A stretch of 64,000 nucleotides of DNA from Promethearchaeia archaeon (GTDB taxonomy: Archaea > Asgardarchaeota > Lokiarchaeia > Sigyniarchaeales > SOKP01): NCBI GenBank assembly GCA_029856145.1, contig JAHQWK010000001.1, forward strand, positions 544,001-608,000, read 5' to 3'. Made by a program: the position numbers and the translations under genes. The notes under the pieces were generated by a model, which saw only the letters and a program-made list of their open reading frames with translations, made no database searches and was not told where the DNA came from. This document shows positions 59,951-64,000 of this stretch, one piece after another. Every line of letters begins with the position of its first letter. Within the stretch, counting starts at the first letter, position 1.

Positions 59951-60145
59951 TGTGCTGAATATATCGTTGATGGTGATAATTACAAAGAGAGAACCTTAAT
60001 CATTGAAAGAAAAGCTCGAGGATGTGGATTTAGAGTCGAAAAAATTGAAACAAAGAATTCTTATCACCTAAAATTTTATGGTGATATACAAGATCATGTT
60101 GATGGTTTTGTTGAATTATGTTATAAGGATAATTACAATCTTTAA
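59951..60145 (+). pseudogene. Startless remnant paralogous to the C-terminus of the 9499-10110 protein
   Basis: CAEYIVDGDNYKERTLIIERKARGCGFRVEKIETKNSYHLKFYGDIQDHVDGFVELCYKDNYNL*; no in-frame ATG/GTG/TTG after the stop at 59885. Confidence 0.8.
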
Positions 60146-60158
60146 TTTTAAGTTTTAA

Positions 60159-60719
60159 TTATTCAGTTTGAAGTCGTTCTCCCAATTTATAATAATTGAA
60201 GTCACCTCCAGTAGTCCAAATAATTGGATGTATCTTCCTCCAATCGAGCTTGACGTTATCCTCTTCCTTAATAGTGTATTGTTGATTTACATAAGATTTA
60301 ATTACCTTACCAATAATTCCTTCACCATCGCCATAGTCGAGGATTTCATGTACTTCACATTCTATATTTACTGGACATTCACGAATCATTGGGGCTGTTT
60401 TTAATTCTCCGTAAAAATTATCAAAGAGGGAACTTTTATCAATATCCCGTCCAGATTTACTTCCACAAATATTTGTTTTTTCCACGAGATCCTCTGAAGG
60501 GATATTTACACTAAAGGTCATATTCTCATGAATTCCGATTGTAGTATAGCGTGTTGGAGATAAACTGAAGAAAATATACTTGCCAAAATCAAATGGACAG
60601 CTATACCCAATTACCAGATAATTAGGCTTATTATATACATTTGCTCCTACCAAAATCACTGGTAGTGGACTGAGAAGATTTCCTTCAACAATTTGTTTAT
60701 TTAAATTTACTTCTTTCAT
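60159..60719 (-). CDS. Flavin reductase-like (flavoredoxin) protein
   Basis: PLPVILVGA...KPN, FSVNIPS, CGSKSGRDIDK, APMIRECPVNIEC. Confidence 0.9.
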   Translation of the reverse strand: MKEVNLNKQIVEGNLLSPLPVILVGANVYNKPNYLVIGYSCPFDFGKYIFFSLSPTRYTTIGIHENMTFSVNIPSEDLVEKTNICGSKSGRDIDKSSLFDNFYGELKTAPMIRECPVNIECEVHEILDYGDGEGIIGKVIKSYVNQQYTIKEEDNVKLDWRKIHPIIWTTGGDFNYYKLGERLQTE

Positions 60720-60732
60720 TTTTGATTATTTT

Positions 60733-61392
60733 TTATAGTTTTTTTACAATATAGTCAAGGATACAGGTACGTCCTGTATTGAAATAATTTCCTTGCATGA
60801 TATGCCTTTTTTCTTTATAAATTATCTCAAAATCTTTACAATATTTGTCAGGTTCATCATCATCATAAAAACTATGAAGAAACTTTCCATTACCTTCTAT
60901 AGTTATAACTTCACCTGGGTTTTGTTCTATTCCATTACCATAATGATTATCGTCCTTCGAAAGGAAGTTTATATAACAAAGTCCCTCTTTTTTCAGCACT
61001 CTATACATTTCTTTGATGGCAATTCCACTATCAATCTTATTTAAATGAAAAATAGAATTATAAGAAAATACAAAACTAAAAAAATTAGACTCAAATGGTA
61101 TTTTTCTCATATCAGCTTTAATAATTTTTAGTTTTATTCCATTTTCTTCACAATACTCATTAGAATAGTTAATAGAATCTTCCGAAATATCAATTCCATA
61201 AGTTTCAAATCCATTCTCATGAAAAAATGCAAGCTTAGGATTTGAACCACCAGCTCCACAATCTAAAATTTTTTTTTCTAAAGGCACTGAATTCGTGAAT
61301 CTAAGGAAATTATACAATGAAGAGGGATAAAAATTCTGGATCATTTTCCATAAATACCTCATATCTGTTAGTTTTTTAATAATATTTTTCAT
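60733..61392 (-). CDS. Class I SAM-dependent methyltransferase
   Basis: ILDCGAGG, YGIDIS, ADMRKIPF, EMYRVLKKEG. Confidence 0.92.
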   Translation of the reverse strand: MKNIIKKLTDMRYLWKMIQNFYPSSLYNFLRFTNSVPLEKKILDCGAGGSNPKLAFFHENGFETYGIDISEDSINYSNEYCEENGIKLKIIKADMRKIPFESNFFSFVFSYNSIFHLNKIDSGIAIKEMYRVLKKEGLCYINFLSKDDNHYGNGIEQNPGEVITIEGNGKFLHSFYDDDEPDKYCKDFEIIYKEKRHIMQGNYFNTGRTCILDYIVKKL

Positions 61393-61970
61393 GAAGTTTT
61401 ATACTTTTTACCAATCTCAAATGCGGGGGCAAGTTTTTCGCCAACTTTCCAATAATTGTTCAGTGAATATGTATAGGTTTTTAGTTTAGCAATGTCTGGT
61501 ATCCCTTCTGTTAAATATTCCTCATCTGCATAAGCATTTACTACTTTTCCGATAAAAATTTCATGACCTTCCTCGATCTCCACTAATTCCTTTATCTTAA
61601 AGCTTTTAACCAACTCACATTCAAGATTTAGAGGTGAGAGACTAACCATTGGTGCTGTTTTAAGATCCCCGTAAAAAACATCAAATACTTCTGATTTATC
61701 TATTTCTTTTCCTGAAACTATGCCACAATAATCAATCATTTCTGCCAAATCTTCTGAGGGTGTATTAACGCTAAATGTTTCATTTTCCTTAATACCAATA
61801 TTAGTATAATGAGTTTCGTAAGAAGCTATTGAAATTAATGGTGGTTGACTTTCGACAATGCCGACATATGCAAGTGTCTCAAAATTCGGTTTTTCATTCA
61901 CATTTGCCCCGATAAGAGCAACTGGCATAGGAAATAAATAAGCTCTTGGAGGAATTTTATTTTTCTTCAT
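61389..61970 (-). CDS. Flavin reductase-like (flavoredoxin) protein
   Basis: FPMPVALIGA...KPN, FSVNTPS, DYCGIVSGK..DK, APMV..SPLNLEC, HEIFIG. Confidence 0.9.
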   Translation of the reverse strand: MKKNKIPPRAYLFPMPVALIGANVNEKPNFETLAYVGIVESQPPLISIASYETHYTNIGIKENETFSVNTPSEDLAEMIDYCGIVSGKEIDKSEVFDVFYGDLKTAPMVSLSPLNLECELVKSFKIKELVEIEEGHEIFIGKVVNAYADEEYLTEGIPDIAKLKTYTYSLNNYWKVGEKLAPAFEIGKKYKTS

Positions 61971-62112
61971 TATATCACACTTTTAAGATCTATGTATAGA
62001 ATAGGATTTGATAACATAAATAGATGAAATTCTTGAACTTAGAACGAACTTTAAACTTATTTTCTAATTTTAAACTATAATTTATCACTGAATTGGAATA
62101 TAAAATGAAATG

Positions 62113-62475
62113 TTAGCCACAACAACCAGTATTTGAATTATCTTCACTGGTTGGTCCACAGCCACATGAATTTTCAATCGCTTTACCTTTTTTTGCATTT
62201 TTAGCTACACCTCTCGCATTCCACAAACATCCACACCCTTTTCGTTCATTCAAGATAATTGCTTGAGTTGGGCAATTTCTCTTACAAGCACTGCATTCTG
62301 TACATAGCTCAGGTCTTGGTATTTCATATTTTCCAGAACTATGGGGTTGTGGAAGTCCAAATGGGCACACTTCAGCACATAGACCACAGCCATTACACAC
62401 ATCTTTATCAATAAAGATTAAAATATCTTTAACAAATTCAGTAAAATCAAATGATTCAAAATTTGTTTCTGTCAT
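62113..62475 (-). CDS. HgcB-like 2x[4Fe-4S] ferredoxin with Cys-rich tail
   Basis: CNGCGLCAEVCP, CTECSACKRNCP (canonical HgcB has C(M/I)ECGAC), GCGC, C-terminal GCCG; 38 nt downstream of the hgcA-like gene. Confidence 0.78.
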   Translation of the reverse strand: MTETNFESFDFTEFVKDILIFIDKDVCNGCGLCAEVCPFGLPQPHSSGKYEIPRPELCTECSACKRNCPTQAIILNERKGCGCLWNARGVAKNAKKGKAIENSCGCGPTSEDNSNTGCCG

Positions 62476-62513
62476 TTTACTTACCTCCTATTTATGTACA
62501 TCTTTTATTTTTT

Positions 62514-63998
62514 TTAAATATATATGGAAAATAAAAATCCTAAAGCTAGAAAAATCAAACTTAGGACAAATAAAATCTTATTAATTAAATTAAAAATTGG
62601 ATATTCCTCTTGGATTTCTCTTGGGCTTGTAGCCATTGTGTAACCACTAAATGACATTATTGAAAAGAATGTAATCCAAAAATAAAAGCATAATTGCCAG
62701 AGAGTATAAAATATGGAGTTATGGATCAAATAAGACAATCCTCCCAAGAAAATTATATTAATTATCCCAAAAAAAATACCTTTAAAAATAAATCTCCTAG
62801 TGAATCTTGAAATTGGGAATAACAGCGCAATAATAAAATTTGATATAATTATCCAAAGCGATAGCTCACCAATCCACCATAACTTGTTAAACCAAGTTAG
62901 GATCGAGAATAGTAGAACTAATCCAATTAGAGGTAGGATAAATATTTTTCGAAATAAAAATGATGTATGAGTTATTCCCCCACGAATTCGATGGAATAAT
63001 GTAAATTTAGCTAATTTCATTCGGTCAGGTTTTTGAGCAGGATTTTCATCAAGAAATTGAGGTATAGATTTTGACCAAACTGGTCCGTATTTAACTCTAA
63101 AAGGGAATTTTTCTGAATTCTTCGGAAGTTGAGGTATAGCTACACCTCCAGCTGAAAGTTGTGGCAGTAATAATGTTTTTTTTTGAGTTATATTTTTTAT
63201 CCCTGTTGCTTCTATTGCCTCAAGAAGTTGCATATTTCCAAAATCATTACCACGAGCGGCACACCATACATTTATGCCGTTTGAATCAATACACAATACC
63301 CACGCATCAAGTCCTTTAAGATCACGCATCACCTTAATATAAGTAAATTCATAATTAGCGGTGACAATTATAGGCGATTTTTCATTAGGATTTCCAGATT
63401 GATAAATCCCGGGTTCGATAGGAACACGATCAACTTGTCCAGTGAAAATACAACGATAAATTCTTAATTGAGATCGAAGTCCCTTAAATCTCTTTATTTC
63501 GGGCCTATAATACCCCGGTTCATTAGTTCCCTTATCATTAATTTTTTGTAGTTCTATCGCTTGGATTGATCCATGCTTCCATTTTATCTGAGTATTGATT
63601 TTAAAACCGATTGGGTCTAAATATTTAAGAAACCACTTAACAAGATAAGTACTTTTTAAACGTAAACGTCTTAATTTCTTTTTATACCGCCATCTTTTAA
63701 ACTTAAACAGTAACTTCCAAAATCCAGAGGGAAAAAATTCAGCGGCTAAAATTAAACGACCATTTGGTTTCAATGATTTCCATACGTTTCTAAGAAATAA
63801 TTGCTGTTCTAAAGGACGAAGTTCAGATAACATAAATTTACTTACTACAATATCTTGAGAACCGTCTGGTGTTGGTAAATCGGTAAATGAACCTGTTTGA
63901 TATAATAGTTTTCCACCAGATAAATCCGTTGGATAATTCTTCATAGCATAATCAATCATTTGAAAGTTTCTGTCAATTGCAATTACATTATTCCCTTT
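62514..63998 (-). CDS. Class I SAM methyltransferase fused to an HgcA-like corrinoid/TM protein (5' end outside the window)
   Basis: Frame open to the window edge (KGNNVIAIDRNFQMIDYA); MTase motifs DIVVSKFMLSEL, LKPNGRLILAAE; HgcA motifs PGIY..GNP...SPIIVTANY, GINVWCAARG, LLLPQLSAGGV, YGPV; 4-5 C-terminal TM helices. Confidence 0.85.
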   Translation of the reverse strand, partial: KGNNVIAIDRNFQMIDYAMKNYPTDLSGGKLLYQTGSFTDLPTPDGSQDIVVSKFMLSELRPLEQQLFLRNVWKSLKPNGRLILAAEFFPSGFWKLLFKFKRWRYKKKLRRLRLKSTYLVKWFLKYLDPIGFKINTQIKWKHGSIQAIELQKINDKGTNEPGYYRPEIKRFKGLRSQLRIYRCIFTGQVDRVPIEPGIYQSGNPNEKSPIIVTANYEFTYIKVMRDLKGLDAWVLCIDSNGINVWCAARGNDFGNMQLLEAIEATGIKNITQKKTLLLPQLSAGGVAIPQLPKNSEKFPFRVKYGPVWSKSIPQFLDENPAQKPDRMKLAKFTLFHRIRGGITHTSFLFRKIFILPLIGLVLLFSILTWFNKLWWIGELSLWIIISNFIIALLFPISRFTRRFIFKGIFFGIINIIFLGGLSYLIHNSIFYTLWQLCFYFWITFFSIMSFSGYTMATSPREIQEEYPIFNLINKILFVLSLIFLALGFLFSIYI

Positions 63999-64000
63999 TT

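Noticed and set aside
437-61044. Many 60-130 aa ORFs antisense or out of frame within long genes (e.g. 437-619, 3871-4098, 17588-17899, 31283-31585, 40968-41351, 58367-58678)
   Set aside because: Each lies within or almost wholly overlaps a well-supported gene and shows no motif; treated as shadow ORFs
62113-63998. Assigning symbols hgcA/hgcB and claiming mercury methylation
   Set aside because: Both signature motifs deviate from the canonical ones and the gene is fused and truncated by the window; only HgcAB-like is supportable
1-64000. tRNA/rRNA genes, selenoprotein read-through with SECIS, transposases or integrases
   Set aside because: By eye, no cloverleaf or long GC-rich structured tract, no TGA interrupting a recognisable domain, and no DDE, tyrosine or serine recombinase motifs; a covariance-model scan would be needed to exclude small RNAs

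Overview
AT-rich archaeal chromosomal window. The gene set (archaeal histone, TFB, proteasome beta subunit, gelsolin-domain proteins, roadblock-like protein, RING-finger protein, LRR protein, PlsY, Fae-Hps, many small Zn-ribbon membrane proteins) points to an Asgard archaeon, most likely Lokiarchaeia (inference). About 55 coding regions are supported, including three small ORFs and two gene remnants absent from the supplied ORF track. No tRNA, rRNA, CRISPR array or intact transposase was recognised. Main leads: (1) a class I SAM-methyltransferase fused in frame to an HgcA-like corrinoid membrane protein with a variant cap-helix motif, followed by an HgcB-like ferredoxin, at the right edge and truncated by the window; (2) a membrane-anchored double winged-helix regulator whose ectodomain is a paralog of the adjacent surface protein, with a near-identical 24-bp site upstream of both flanking genes; (3) a Zn-ribbon shared by a two-domain gelsolin and a small coiled-coil protein; (4) an apparently N-truncated nuclease plus partner gene, with a startless paralogous remnant of the partner 50 kb away; (5) a Thr1-less proteasome beta subunit directly upstream of a coiled-coil RING protein; (6) a PlsY-lipid kinase fusion near a glycerol-3-phosphate dehydrogenase cluster. 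All family calls are by motif recognition; no database searches were run.
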